A DNA stretch of 64,000 bases. Origin: Spirochaetia bacterium. Lineage in GTDB: Bacteria; Spirochaetota; Spirochaetia; SZUA-6; Bin103. Positions 31,322-44,306 of this stretch are shown in pieces (the stretch's first letter is position 1; each line of letters begins with the position of its first letter). Below the pieces are notes generated by a model. It saw only the letters and a program-made list of their open reading frames with translations, was not told the origin of the DNA and did no database searches. A program made the translations under genes and the position numbers. The stretch is taken from the NCBI GenBank assembly GCA_965203515.1, contig OZ241907.1, forward strand, positions 3,872,001 to 3,936,000, in the 5' to 3' direction.

Positions 31322-34300
31322 CTACGGCTCGGCATCGGCGAGCAGCGCGCCGGCGTCGATGCGGGCGCGGATGGCGGCCCGCGCCTGGCGCAGCTCGTCC
31401 GTACCGGCGACGTAGGTATCGCCGGAGCGCAGGAAGTGGAGCGAGGCGACCGGCTCGTGGCCGACCGCCTGCCGCAACGCGCCGGCGTAGAGGGCGACCT
31501 GGCCCAGGTACGGGGCCGCCGCCTGCGCCAGCCGGCCGCGCCGCACCTGGTCGGTCTTGAAGTCGACCAGATGCCAGCGGCCGGCCTGCTCATAGGCCAA
31601 GTCGATCGTGCCGTGCACCGGCGCGCCGTCCCAGTACCAGCCGAACGACAACTCGAAGCGGGCGCGCGTGCCGGGCCGCCGCAACGCCTGAGCCAGCTCG
31701 CTGCCGTCGAACCGGTCGAGCATCTGCTCCACCTCGGCTCGCACGCCCAACGTATCGGCCTCGCTCGCGGCCGGCTGCAGGCGCCGCAGCAACGGCATCA
31801 GCTCGGGGCGGCGGCCGGCGGTGAACCAGAGCCGTAACGCCTCGTGCGCCGCGCTGCCTCGCATCAGTCCCAGCCGGTCGCCGTGCGCCCGCGCCCGGAA
31901 CGGGGCGACCGGTTCCTGCCGGCGCAACGCGGTGACCGGGGTACTGGAGCGGAGCGGGATCACCGCCGGCCGGTCGACCAGCGGAGCGGTCACCGGCCGC
32001 TCCTCGGCAGCCGGCGGGACGGCGGTCGCTGCCGCGGCGTCGGCCGCGGCGATGGCGCCCACGTCGACCGGCACCGGCCGGCGGACCTCCACGACGTTCG
32101 GGTCCATGCCGCCCGGCATCGGCCCGATCATCTCCAGCCAACTACCGGTCTGACCCTTCACGTCCCCGCTCAGGTACAGCCGGTCGGCGGCGCGCGTAGC
32201 CGCCACGTACAGCAGCCGGCGGTACTCGGCGGCGTCATCGCTCCGGTCCAGCGCGCGCAGGTAGCGGTACAGCCCCGGCCGGCGGCGCGCTTCGCCCAGG
32301 GCGCCCGGGACAAGCGTCACGGCGATGCCGTGCGCGGGGCGCCAGAGCACCGCCTCGAAGCGTTCCGGGGCGCGCACATGCGCCTCCGGCACGAAGACGA
32401 TCGGGAACTCCAGCCCCTTGGCGCCGTGGATGGTCAGGATGCGCACCGCGTCGGTCTGATCGATCACCGCCAGACCTTCCCGGTCGGCCAGCTCGTCGCG
32501 CCGCCGGCGCAGGTAGTCGACCACCTCGTCGATCGAGCGTCCGGCCAGGTCGCGCGTGATCGCCACCAGCTTGCGGACGTTGGCCAGCGCCTGCTCGCCG
32601 CCGTTCACGGCCGCCCACGCCGCTTCGAAGCCGGTCAGCTCCAGCGCCTGTTCGAGGAGCTTGTCAGCCGGGTCCAGCGGGACCATGCGGCGCAGTTCGT
32701 CCAGCACGGCGGCAGCGTGGATGCAGCGGCTGCGGGCGTCGCCGTCCACGCCGTCGGGCGGCTCCCGCAACGCCCGCAGCCGGACCGGGCCGGTTGCGTG
32801 ACAGCGCAGCAGCGTCCGGTCGTCGAGCATGAACAGCGGCGACCGCAACACGCCGGCCAGGGCGATCCCGTCGTCCGGCTCGGCCAGCCAGGCCAGCAGA
32901 TTGATCAGGTCGCGCACCTCCTGGCGGGTGAAGAAGCCGGCGCCGGCCGGCGTGCCGTACGGCACGCCGCGGCTCTCCAACGCCTGCTCGAAGGCGTGCA
33001 CGTTGGCCAGCCGCCGCAGCAGGATGGCGACGTCGCGCGGCGCCGCGCCGCCGCGTAGCAGTGCCGCGATCTCGCGCGCTACCGCGTCCGCCTCCACGCG
33101 CCGCCGATCCTGGTCGCCGACCGCGGCGCCGTCCGGCGCGCGCTGGTCGATCGGCATAACGATCAGGTGGGGTCCGGGCCGGCCGGCCGGCCCGCGGCCG
33201 GTCATGCGCTGCATCGGCACCGCCTGCCGGCCGGTATGCCGGGCGGCCCGGTCCGAACCGGTTCCGTCCGCGAACAGTCGCTGGACAGCGAACAGCGGCT
33301 CGAACAGGTCGTTGCCGACCCGCACCAGCTCGTCGTGGGTGCGAAACGATCGCGTCAGGGAGTGCAGGCCGCCGCCGGCGCGCTCGATCCGTTCCCGGAA
33401 GCGGATGAAGTGGGCGACGTCGCTGCCGCGGAACCGGTAGATCGCCTGCTTGGCGTCGCCGACCAGGAAGAGGTTCGGCCGCGGCCCGCCGCCGTCGGTG
33501 AGCAGGCGCAGCAGCGTGATCTGCGCCTCGTTGACGTCCTGGACCTCGTCGACCATGACGTGCCGGAATCCGCGGCGGTAGCCGGCGGCGACCTCCGGGC
33601 GGCCGCGCAGCAGCCGGATCGCCTCGATCTCCAGGTCGAGGTAGTCACATCCGCCCAGCGCCGCCTTGCGCGTCCGGTAGCGGCGGCAGGCGTCGTCGAA
33701 CACGGCGCGCAGCGCCTCGGTCGTCTCCATCGCGGTCCGATCGATCGCTTCCCAGCGCGGCGCCGCTGCCAGCCGCCGCGCGATCTCGCGCACGGTCCGC
33801 AGGTCGCCCTTGACGCGGTCGAGGTCCCGCCAGTTGCGCTTGCTGCCCGCGCCGAGCTGGATCAGCCGGCTCGCGGCGGAGAGCGCCTCGACCAGTGCGC
33901 CGGGGTCCTGCGGCAGCGGTCTCCCCAGAGCGGCCAGCACCACCCGGACCCGCGCCGCCAGCGCGTCGCCGGCCGCGGCGGTCGCATGCTCCTGCCGTAT
34001 GGCGGCGACCGCGCGCTCCAGGTTGGGCAGTTCCGCGTCGACCGCGGCGCGCAACGCCTGGTCGAGCAGCGGCCGCACGCGGCGCTCCCGAGCATCGACC
34101 GTGGCGCCGGGGATGGCGGCGAAGGCGGCCTGCACCTCGTCGCGGCGTTCGATCATGCGCGGCAGCTGCTCGGTGATCTGGTACCCGCCCAGTTCCTGCA
34201 GCGCCCGGGCGCGGCCGTCGCCGGACTGCGCCGCGTCCTCCAAGGCGTCCATGGCGGCGCCGATCCGCTCGTGCTCGGCTTCGTCGTCGGCCAGGACGCG

Positions 34301-34642
34301 GCCGGCGGCGATCGTCCCGGCCGGCACCGGGTGCTCGCGCAGCATCCGCCGGCACAGCGCGTGGAGCGTGCCGATCACCGCTTGATCCAGGTCGCGGCGG
34401 TGGCCGGCCAACTCGGGCCGGTCGCGCACCGCGCGCCGAACCCGGTCGCGCATCTCGGTGGCGGCCGCGTCGGTGAAGGTGACCGCGGCGATCTCCGGGA
34501 TACGGCACTCGGTCAGCAGGGAGAGGTAGCGTTCCACCAGCACGCGGGTCTTGCCGCTGCCGGCGCCGGCGGAGACCAGGATGTCACGGCTGCGGTCGGC
34601 GACCACCGCCTGCTGCTCCGGCGTCAGTCCCAACGCTTCCAT
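31322..34642 (-). CDS. addA: AddA-like UvrD helicase with C-terminal PD-(D/E)xK nuclease
   Basis: AGAGSGKT, VDEVQD, VGDAKQAIYRFRG, TIHGAKGLEF, YVAATRA, GTIDL..VDFKT. Confidence 0.85.
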   Translation of the reverse strand: MEALGLTPEQQAVVADRSRDILVSAGAGSGKTRVLVERYLSLLTECRIPEIAAVTFTDAAATEMRDRVRRAVRDRPELAGHRRDLDQAVIGTLHALCRRMLREHPVPAGTIAAGRVLADDEAEHERIGAAMDALEDAAQSGDGRARALQELGGYQITEQLPRMIERRDEVQAAFAAIPGATVDARERRVRPLLDQALRAAVDAELPNLERAVAAIRQEHATAAAGDALAARVRVVLAALGRPLPQDPGALVEALSAASRLIQLGAGSKRNWRDLDRVKGDLRTVREIARRLAAAPRWEAIDRTAMETTEALRAVFDDACRRYRTRKAALGGCDYLDLEIEAIRLLRGRPEVAAGYRRGFRHVMVDEVQDVNEAQITLLRLLTDGGGPRPNLFLVGDAKQAIYRFRGSDVAHFIRFRERIERAGGGLHSLTRSFRTHDELVRVGNDLFEPLFAVQRLFADGTGSDRAARHTGRQAVPMQRMTGRGPAGRPGPHLIVMPIDQRAPDGAAVGDQDRRRVEADAVAREIAALLRGGAAPRDVAILLRRLANVHAFEQALESRGVPYGTPAGAGFFTRQEVRDLINLLAWLAEPDDGIALAGVLRSPLFMLDDRTLLRCHATGPVRLRALREPPDGVDGDARSRCIHAAAVLDELRRMVPLDPADKLLEQALELTGFEAAWAAVNGGEQALANVRKLVAITRDLAGRSIDEVVDYLRRRRDELADREGLAVIDQTDAVRILTIHGAKGLEFPIVFVPEAHVRAPERFEAVLWRPAHGIAVTLVPGALGEARRRPGLYRYLRALDRSDDAAEYRRLLYVAATRAADRLYLSGDVKGQTGSWLEMIGPMPGGMDPNVVEVRRPVPVDVGAIAAADAAAATAVPPAAEERPVTAPLVDRPAVIPLRSSTPVTALRRQEPVAPFRARAHGDRLGLMRGSAAHEALRLWFTAGRRPELMPLLRRLQPAASEADTLGVRAEVEQMLDRFDGSELAQALRRPGTRARFELSFGWYWDGAPVHGTIDLAYEQAGRWHLVDFKTDQVRRGRLAQAAAPYLGQVALYAGALRQAVGHEPVASLHFLRSGDTYVAGTDELRQARAAIRARIDAGALLADAEP

Positions 34643-37518
34643 CGGCTGAACTGGTTGACGCGGCAGACGTGCCGGAACGAGCAATAGATAGGGCACTCCG
34701 GCACCTGCGGGTTGACGCGGAAGTCGCCGGCCCGGACCCCGGCGCGCACCTCCTCCGCGCGCAACAGGGCCATGTCGATGATCTGCCGGTCGTCGGGGTC
34801 GTCCGAATCGAGTTGTCGCGGCGCGCCGTGCCCGCGCATCGACGCGTAGCGGGCGATGACCCGCTCTTGCTGCGCGTGCTCGCGCGCCGCGTGGACGTAG
34901 AGCGGGAGCTGCAGGCGGAGGCCGGAGACCAGCTCCTTACGGCTGACGGCGCCGCTCTTGTAATCGACGGCCACGGCCAGCTCCGGCCCGGTATCCAGGC
35001 GGTCGAGTCGGGCCCGCAGCGCCATCGGCGGCTGCAGCGGCAGGGTGGCGGTCAGCTCCAACTCGGTGCCGCGCAGCGCGGTGACGCCGTCGGCCGCCGA
35101 CCGCTCCGCCTCGCCGCGAAGCAGCGCCTCCAGACGCTCCAGCGCCGGTTCGCACTCCAGCTCCCACAGTCCCACCCGGCCGAATCCGTGCTCGGCCGGC
35201 GCCCGTTGCCAGATCGCCCGGCCGCCGCTGCGCAGGCGCTCGACCGCCGCATCCACGGTGTCCGGCGCCAGCGGCCGTTGCGCGGAGATCAACTCGCCGA
35301 GGGCGTCCTCCAGCATGGCGTGCAGCACGGTGCCGCGCGTCGCCGCGTCGGCGGTCTCCATCTCCTCGGCCAGCTCGTGCAGATTCAGGGCGTACCGGCC
35401 GAAGAACTGGAACGCGCAGGTCCGGTAGCTCTCCAGCCGCGACGCGCTCCACACCGCTTCGGCGCCGGTCAGATCGGGCCGCAGGTCGGCGGTCACGCCG
35501 CCTTCGTACTCCCCGGCGTGCTCGAAGGAACGGCGCCGCTGCTCCATCCGCGCCGCCAGGCGCACCACCTGCCACGCGGCGGTCGGCCGCGGCCGCGCGC
35601 GGCTGCCGCGTCGCCATGCGGTCGCGCAGGCGATGGCGAGCTCCCGCGGCGAGGCGGCCTCCTCAGGCTCCGGGCCCCGGTTCTCCGTGACTGCGGCGCT
35701 CTCCACCGCGTCGAAGTAGATCGAGGCGGCGACCTGCCGGCCGCGATCGTCCAGCCGCGTCCTCCACGCGGTCAGCTCGACGTCGGCGCGGCTGAGCACG
35801 GACCGCCACAACTCGTCCTCGCTCGCCTCGGGCGGCGGCGGCAGCGCCAACCCGGCGGCGGCCAGCGCCCGGCGCGCCGGCGGGGAGAGCAGGATCGGCG
35901 CCGCGCGCGGCGCCGGGAACTCGCCTTCCACCAGACCGCCCGCCTCCAGGTATGCCAACCGAAGGCCGGCCAGGGCGCTCATCGGCGCCAGCAGCACGCC
36001 GCCGGCTTCGCGCAGCAGCGCCGCCGGCGCCGCCAAGCGGTCCAGCAGCCGATCGACGAACGCCGCGAACGGCACCGGTCCCTCCTGCAGGACATCGTCG
36101 GTGACGGCGATGTCTTCGAGGTGCCCGCGGACCGCGTCGATCTCGGCGATGAGCCCGGGCTGTTTGCGGACGGCGGGGTGGATGAGCGGCGGCCGTCCGA
36201 ACAGCGCGGCCGACACCTGCCGGGCGTGCTCGCCGGCCGGCGCGGGCGAGGGTTCCAGAAGCGCGTACAGACAGGAGAGCGCCGCGCCCAGGCCGCTCGC
36301 CTCCATGCCGGGCAGCGCCGGGGCCGGTTCCTTCTCCTCCGCTCGGAGAGCTGCCGCCAAGCGGTCCAGGGCGTCGTGTCCGGCCCACAGGTGATGCCGC
36401 CGCCCGCGCCGGGCGATGCGGGCGACGGCCGGCGGGTCGAGATGCCAGCGTTTCCGGTTGGTGAAGCCGCTGCCGAGCACCGTGATCAGGTCGCGGAGCC
36501 GCCATCCTTCCGCCGGCAGCCGCAGCAGCCGCCGTATCCAGACGCCGAGCGGACGATTGGCCAGCGGTTCGCCGGCCACGGGATCGAGCGGCAGGTCGTA
36601 TTCGGCGAACACCTGCCGCGCCAGGCCCAGGACCGGGCCGAGGGTTCGGAATGTCACCCCGCAGTCGGACGGCCGCAGGCGCCGGTCTTCGGTCAGGCGG
36701 CGCTTGATACCCCGCGCCATGGCGCGGAGCTGCGCTTCACGGTCGGCGGCCACGCAGCCGCGCACGGACCGGCCGGGCACGCCTCCCCCGGCCGGCTCGA
36801 TCGCCGCGTCGGGGAACGACCGGCGCAGCCGCTCGTAGGAGTGGCGCGCGCGTTCGCCGGCATCGGGATCGAACGCCAGCAGCAGGTCGCGGCCGCGGGC
36901 GAGCATGGCCAGCAGGCGCAACTCGCCGCCGTGGAAGTGCGGGAAGCCGTCCACGACCAGGAAGGGCGGTACGGACGCATCTCCGGCGGCCGCGGCAGCG
37001 GCCGGCAGCGCCGCCGGCGGAAGCCAGCGATGGGACCGCAGCGCGGCGCGATAGGCGTCGTAGATCGCCGCGACCGCCCGGAGCTGCGGATCATCGGTCC
37101 GGGCGGCGGCCTCCGTGAAGCGCTCCGCGGGAACGTCCTCGGCCAGCAGCTCTTCCACCGCCGCCCACAGCATCGGCAGCGCGGCGGACGCGCTGAGCGG
37201 CGCGAAGTGCGCCGCGGCGCCGGCGGCTATCTGCCGGCCCGTGACGCTGCCGAGCAGCTCCCGCGCGGCGCCGGCCGGGACCGCTGTCAGCTCCGAGAAC
37301 ATGCGGGCCACGCCGCGCGGGGTCGCCACCTGCAGGTCGAGCGCCACGCCGCACGCGGCCAGCAGCCGCCGGCGGAACTGGTCGCCGTGGCGTACCGTGG
37401 GCACCAGCACCAGGGTCGCGGCGAACGGATCGCGCCGATACCGGTCCGCCGCCCGGCGGAGGAGCGCCTCGGTCTTGCCGGACCCGGCCGGCCCGACGAT
37501 GAAGACAGGGGGTGCGAT
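34624..37518 (-). CDS. addB: AddB-like subunit (P-loop N-terminus, PD-(D/E)xK nuclease, Fe-S cysteines)
   Basis: GPAGSGKT upstream of the track start, SASRLESYRTC, RLDRLD..VDYKSG, CPIYCSFRHVC; overlaps addA; start codon non-canonical or uncertain. Confidence 0.8.
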   Translation of the reverse strand: MAPPVFIVGPAGSGKTEALLRRAADRYRRDPFAATLVLVPTVRHGDQFRRRLLAACGVALDLQVATPRGVARMFSELTAVPAGAARELLGSVTGRQIAAGAAAHFAPLSASAALPMLWAAVEELLAEDVPAERFTEAAARTDDPQLRAVAAIYDAYRAALRSHRWLPPAALPAAAAAAGDASVPPFLVVDGFPHFHGGELRLLAMLARGRDLLLAFDPDAGERARHSYERLRRSFPDAAIEPAGGGVPGRSVRGCVAADREAQLRAMARGIKRRLTEDRRLRPSDCGVTFRTLGPVLGLARQVFAEYDLPLDPVAGEPLANRPLGVWIRRLLRLPAEGWRLRDLITVLGSGFTNRKRWHLDPPAVARIARRGRRHHLWAGHDALDRLAAALRAEEKEPAPALPGMEASGLGAALSCLYALLEPSPAPAGEHARQVSAALFGRPPLIHPAVRKQPGLIAEIDAVRGHLEDIAVTDDVLQEGPVPFAAFVDRLLDRLAAPAALLREAGGVLLAPMSALAGLRLAYLEAGGLVEGEFPAPRAAPILLSPPARRALAAAGLALPPPPEASEDELWRSVLSRADVELTAWRTRLDDRGRQVAASIYFDAVESAAVTENRGPEPEEAASPRELAIACATAWRRGSRARPRPTAAWQVVRLAARMEQRRRSFEHAGEYEGGVTADLRPDLTGAEAVWSASRLESYRTCAFQFFGRYALNLHELAEEMETADAATRGTVLHAMLEDALGELISAQRPLAPDTVDAAVERLRSGGRAIWQRAPAEHGFGRVGLWELECEPALERLEALLRGEAERSAADGVTALRGTELELTATLPLQPPMALRARLDRLDTGPELAVAVDYKSGAVSRKELVSGLRLQLPLYVHAAREHAQQERVIARYASMRGHGAPRQLDSDDPDDRQIIDMALLRAEEVRAGVRAGDFRVNPQVPECPIYCSFRHVCRVNQFSRWKRWD

Positions 37519-37524
37519 GGCGTC

Positions 37525-37532
37525 AGTATACT
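37525..37532. promoter_or_regulatory. Palindromic AGTATACT giving TATACT -10 boxes on both strands
   Basis: Lies between divergent addB and methyltransferase genes. Confidence 0.55.
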
Positions 37533-37578
37533 ACCGCCGTGACCGAACGCCGCGCCGTACCGCCGCCGGTGAAGCGGC

Positions 37579-38499
37579 GTGCGTAACGTAAACGAACCCA
37601 TGCAACGGCAGCCGGAGCGCACGCAGCCGGAGCAGGGCGTGTTGTGGCCGCGGGAACGGCCGCGGCCGGAGGATCTGCCGCTACTCGCCTGCAGCGACAA
37701 CCTCGACTTCATGCGCGGGCTGCCCGGCGCGCGCTTCAAGCTGATCGTCACCTCGCCGCCGTACAACCTGGGCAAGGAATACGAGTCCAGGACCCCGCTC
37801 GACGCTTGGCTCGAAACCCAGGAATGCGTGGTCGGGGAGTGCGTGCGGCTCCTGCATCCGCAAGGGTCGATCTGCTGGCAGGTGGGCAACTACGTGCAGG
37901 ACGGCGAGATCGTTCCGCTCGACACCGTCCTCTACCCGCTGTTCCGGCGCCGCGGCCTGCGCCTGCGCAACCGCATCATCTGGCACTTCGGCCATGGTCT
38001 GCACTGCAGCCGGCGGCTGTCCGGCCGCTACGAGACGATCAACTGGTGGACCGGAAGCGACGACTACACCTGGAATCTCGATCCGATCCGCGTCCCTGCC
38101 AAGTACCCCGGCAAGCGCCACTTCAAGGGACCCAACGCCGGCGAGCTGTCCGGCAATCCGAAGGGCAAGAACCCCAGCGACGTGTGGGAGTTCCCGAACG
38201 TGAAGAGCAACCATCCGGAGAAGACGATCCATCCGTGCCAGTTTCCCGTGGAGCTGGTCGAGCGTCTGGTCCTGTCCATGACGAACGAGGGAGACGCCGT
38301 GATCGACCCGTACATGGGCGTGGGGTCGTCGATCATCGCCGCCCTGATGCACGGCCGCACCGCCTGCGGCTGCGACGTCGTACCGGAGTACGTGGAGATC
38401 GCCCGACGCCGCGTGCGGGAGTGGTACGCGGGGACCCTCCGCACCAGGCCGATGGGGAAGCCGATCTATGACCCCACGCTTCCCAACGGCGGCCACTGA
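37579..38499 (+). CDS. Type II DNA methyltransferase (beta class, probably m4C)
   Basis: TSPPYN precedes HPCQFP and DPYMGVGS; alternative ATG at 37600. Confidence 0.92.
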   Translation: MRNVNEPMQRQPERTQPEQGVLWPRERPRPEDLPLLACSDNLDFMRGLPGARFKLIVTSPPYNLGKEYESRTPLDAWLETQECVVGECVRLLHPQGSICWQVGNYVQDGEIVPLDTVLYPLFRRRGLRLRNRIIWHFGHGLHCSRRLSGRYETINWWTGSDDYTWNLDPIRVPAKYPGKRHFKGPNAGELSGNPKGKNPSDVWEFPNVKSNHPEKTIHPCQFPVELVERLVLSMTNEGDAVIDPYMGVGSSIIAALMHGRTACGCDVVPEYVEIARRRVREWYAGTLRTRPMGKPIYDPTLPNGGH

Positions 38500-39110
38500 T
38501 GCGGATCGACGCCCGCTACTCTCACCTGAACGGCGAAGAATACCTGCTCGTGCACCGCAAGCATCTATGGGACGAAGTACAGGACGTGATAGCCGGAGTC
38601 GATGCCTGGGCCTGCCGGACCAAGGTATCGAGGGAGCGGACCATGAAAGGCAGGAGGTTGTTCTCTCCACCGGACATGAATCAGGCGTTCAAGGACGGAC
38701 TTCAGGCGCGCGGATGGAGCGAGCGCAGGAAGACGTTCTGGGTAACCGCAGACGAGCGGCTGCTGCGCCGAATCCACGGAATGCCGGAGGACGAGCAGAA
38801 GAACGCCATCCAACAGGCTGGTCATGAACCGATCATGTCCTACAACCAGACCGACTTCGTGAAGGATCGAGTCGCCGTCGAGGTCCAGTTCGGCAAGTAT
38901 GCGTTCGTCGCTCATGATCTGTTCGTGAAGCATCTCAGCTTCTACGTCTCAGATGTTATCGATGTGGGAATCGAGATCCTGCCGATGAAGAGTCTGGAGC
39001 GAGAGATGTCATCGGGAGTTCCGTACTATGAGCGAGACCTGCTGAACGTGCTTCGCCAGGGCCGCGGCGTCCCCGCCGTTCCGCTGGTGCTGGTCGGAGT
39101 CGCGCCTTGA
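38499..39110 (+). CDS. BglII/BstYI-family type II restriction endonuclease
   Basis: TDFVKDRVAVEVQFGK (ExQ active site), DVGIEILP; TGATG coupling to the methyltransferase. Confidence 0.85.
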   Translation: MRIDARYSHLNGEEYLLVHRKHLWDEVQDVIAGVDAWACRTKVSRERTMKGRRLFSPPDMNQAFKDGLQARGWSERRKTFWVTADERLLRRIHGMPEDEQKNAIQQAGHEPIMSYNQTDFVKDRVAVEVQFGKYAFVAHDLFVKHLSFYVSDVIDVGIEILPMKSLEREMSSGVPYYERDLLNVLRQGRGVPAVPLVLVGVAP

Positions 39111-39316
39111 GAGCGGCCGGGCTTGCATGCCCGATCTACTAGCTCCGCACGAGTCGGTTCGTGTCGGGAGGGTCGGCATCGTTCGATAACTTCGCCACGG
39201 CATCAATGTACACCATCGCCATGCTCAGGAAACACTCGAATGCGGCACGCGATCATCACCAACGACACCGTCACGGAGGACGCACTTCGGTCGAATCGAC
39301 GCCCGGCACGCCGGAC

Positions 39317-42277
<2,961 letters not shown>

Positions 42278-42999
42278 CGCCGTCGACGGCGCTGCCGCGG
42301 CACAGATACGCCGGATGGTCCTCCTTCAGGATGCGGGTGGCGGTGGGAATGTACCGCAGGGTCAGGCCGATGCGCCGCCGTTCGGACCGGTTGGCTTCCG
42401 AGCCGTGGATGAGGTACGGGTCGTGCAGCGACACGCCGCCGGCCGGCACGATCACGTCGATCGCGGCCGATTCGTCGACCGCCCGGTCGATCCTCGACTG
42501 CAGGACGCCGCCCTCCTCGCGCTCCGACCGCCGGTGCCGGTGGAGCCGCTTCCTTCGATGCGAGCCCGGAATCACGCGCATGCAGCCGTTCTCCGGCGTG
42601 GAGTCGTCCCCCGCCAGCCAGATCGTGATGACCTCCATCGGCTCCAGCGGCCAGTAGTTGCCGTCCTGATGCCAGAGCACCGGCCGGCCGCTGCGCGGCG
42701 GCTTGCTGATGTAGTGGGCGGCGAACAGGGCGATGTCCGGTCCCAGAAACGGCTCGATCACGTCGATCAACCGCGGATCGGTGCAGAGCCGGATCCAGAA
42801 CGGATCGTCCACGATCAGGTGGTGGTGGAACTGCTCGGGCCGCAGGTCGGGGCGCCGGCGCTCCAGCCACTCGACGTGGCCCTGCACCTCCGCCACCAGT
42901 TCCCGATCGATCACCTGCGGGATCACGACGTAGCCGTCCCGTTCGTAGCGGCTGACGATCTCACCGCTCGTCATGGCGCCATCGTGCACGGCGCACTCA

Positions 43000-43027
43000 C
43001 GCCGGGCAAACCCCGCCGGGCAAACCC
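43000..43027. repeat. Perfect 14-nt intergenic tandem duplication
   Basis: CGCCGGGCAAACCC x2. Confidence 0.85.
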
Positions 43028-43075
43028 GCCGACTTGCCGCCGGCGCGGCCGATCCGGCAGACTCCACGTACCGCC

Positions 43076-43375
43076 ATGTGTCGCAGCATTCGCCCGCTCC
43101 ATAACTTCGCCCCGCCGGCCACCGCCGATGAGATGCGCGCCGCGGCGCTGCAGTACGTGCGCAAGATCAGCGGCGCCGTCAGGCCGTCCAAGGCCAACGC
43201 CCGCGCCTTCGAGCGCGCGGTCGACGAGGTCGCGGTCGCCACGCGGAGGCTGCTCGACGCGCTGGTGACCGCGGCGCCGCCGCGCACCCGTGAGGCGGAG
43301 GCCGCGAAGGCGCGGCGGCGCGCGGCGCAACGCTTCGGCCCGGCCGTCGCCCGGCCGGCCGCGGGCCGCCGATGA
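43076..43375 (+). CDS. DUF2277-family small protein
   Basis: MCRSIRPLHNFAPPAT..AAALQYVRKISG. Confidence 0.85.
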   Translation: MCRSIRPLHNFAPPATADEMRAAALQYVRKISGAVRPSKANARAFERAVDEVAVATRRLLDALVTAAPPRTREAEAAKARRRAAQRFGPAVARPAAGRR

Positions 43376-44301
43376 CGTCGTCGGCGCCGGCAGTCGCCGT
43401 CGATCTGACTGCCGCCGACTTGACGGTATCGGTCGACCGTCCGGACCCGGTCAGAGCCGCGGCGATCTTCCGGGAGCATGGCTGCCTGGTGGTGCGCGGC
43501 CTGATGCGCGCGCACGTCGCCGCCATGTACCGGGACATCATGGCCACGGTCGACGACGCGATCGCCGACCTGGAGCGGGCGCGGAAGGTGCCGGAGGGAT
43601 GGGTGGTGCCGAACGGCAGCCTGTTCCTGCCGGCGCCCGCGCACTACGACCGGGACAAGCAGATCATGGTGGTCGGCATCGACTACACCACCAGCGCCGC
43701 GTTCCTGGCCGCCGCGCTCGACCCGACCGCCGTCGACATCGTGGAAGCGATCATCGGGCCGCAGATCGAGCTGTTCGGCCAGGGCCAGGCGCTGGTCAAG
43801 GAGCCGGTCGGCGGCCATCCCAAGCACCTCCATCAGGATTCCGCCTACTTCGAACACCGCTACGGCGGCCCGGTGGCGATCCTCAGCTACGCCGTCGATA
43901 CCGATCTGCGCAACGGTGCGCTGCACGTGGTGCCCGGCAGCCATCGGCTGGGACAACTCCCTCACGTCGACACCTTCTCCCATCTGGGGCTGGACGAACG
44001 GCAGTGGCCCTGGGAGAAGGCGCTGCCGATCGAGGGTGCGGCCGGTGATTCGATCTTCTTCAACGTCAAGACCGTGCACGGTTCCAAACCCAACTACGGG
44101 GACGAGCCGCGTCCCGTCTTCATCATCCGCTACCGCCACCCCGACGATTACACGGTCATCCGCGCCACCCGCACGGAGGTGCGCGCCGAGGCGGAGAAAC
44201 AGGCGCCGGCAGCGACGCGCGCGGACGATCAGCGCGGGCTCATGGTGCGAGGCTTCCGCCACACCGACTCGAAGAGCGCCGTGCAGCGCGCGCGGGCGTG
44301 A
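43372..44301 (+). CDS. PhyH-family Fe(II)/2-oxoglutarate dioxygenase
   Basis: LHQD, NGALHVVPGSH, HGSKPN. Confidence 0.88.
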   Translation: MTSSAPAVAVDLTAADLTVSVDRPDPVRAAAIFREHGCLVVRGLMRAHVAAMYRDIMATVDDAIADLERARKVPEGWVVPNGSLFLPAPAHYDRDKQIMVVGIDYTTSAAFLAAALDPTAVDIVEAIIGPQIELFGQGQALVKEPVGGHPKHLHQDSAYFEHRYGGPVAILSYAVDTDLRNGALHVVPGSHRLGQLPHVDTFSHLGLDERQWPWEKALPIEGAAGDSIFFNVKTVHGSKPNYGDEPRPVFIIRYRHPDDYTVIRATRTEVRAEAEKQAPAATRADDQRGLMVRGFRHTDSKSAVQRARA

Positions 44302-44306
44302 GGGCG

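Noticed and set aside
37531..37533. In-frame TAG upstream of the addB Walker A as possible pyrrolysine or readthrough
   Set aside because: Sequence beyond the TAG does not look like protein and runs into the divergent MTase; no pyl genes in the window.
39111..39316. Spacer between the REase and DUF1156 gene as a possible small gene or remnant
   Set aside because: The short ORFs have no recognisable motif; I cannot support a call.
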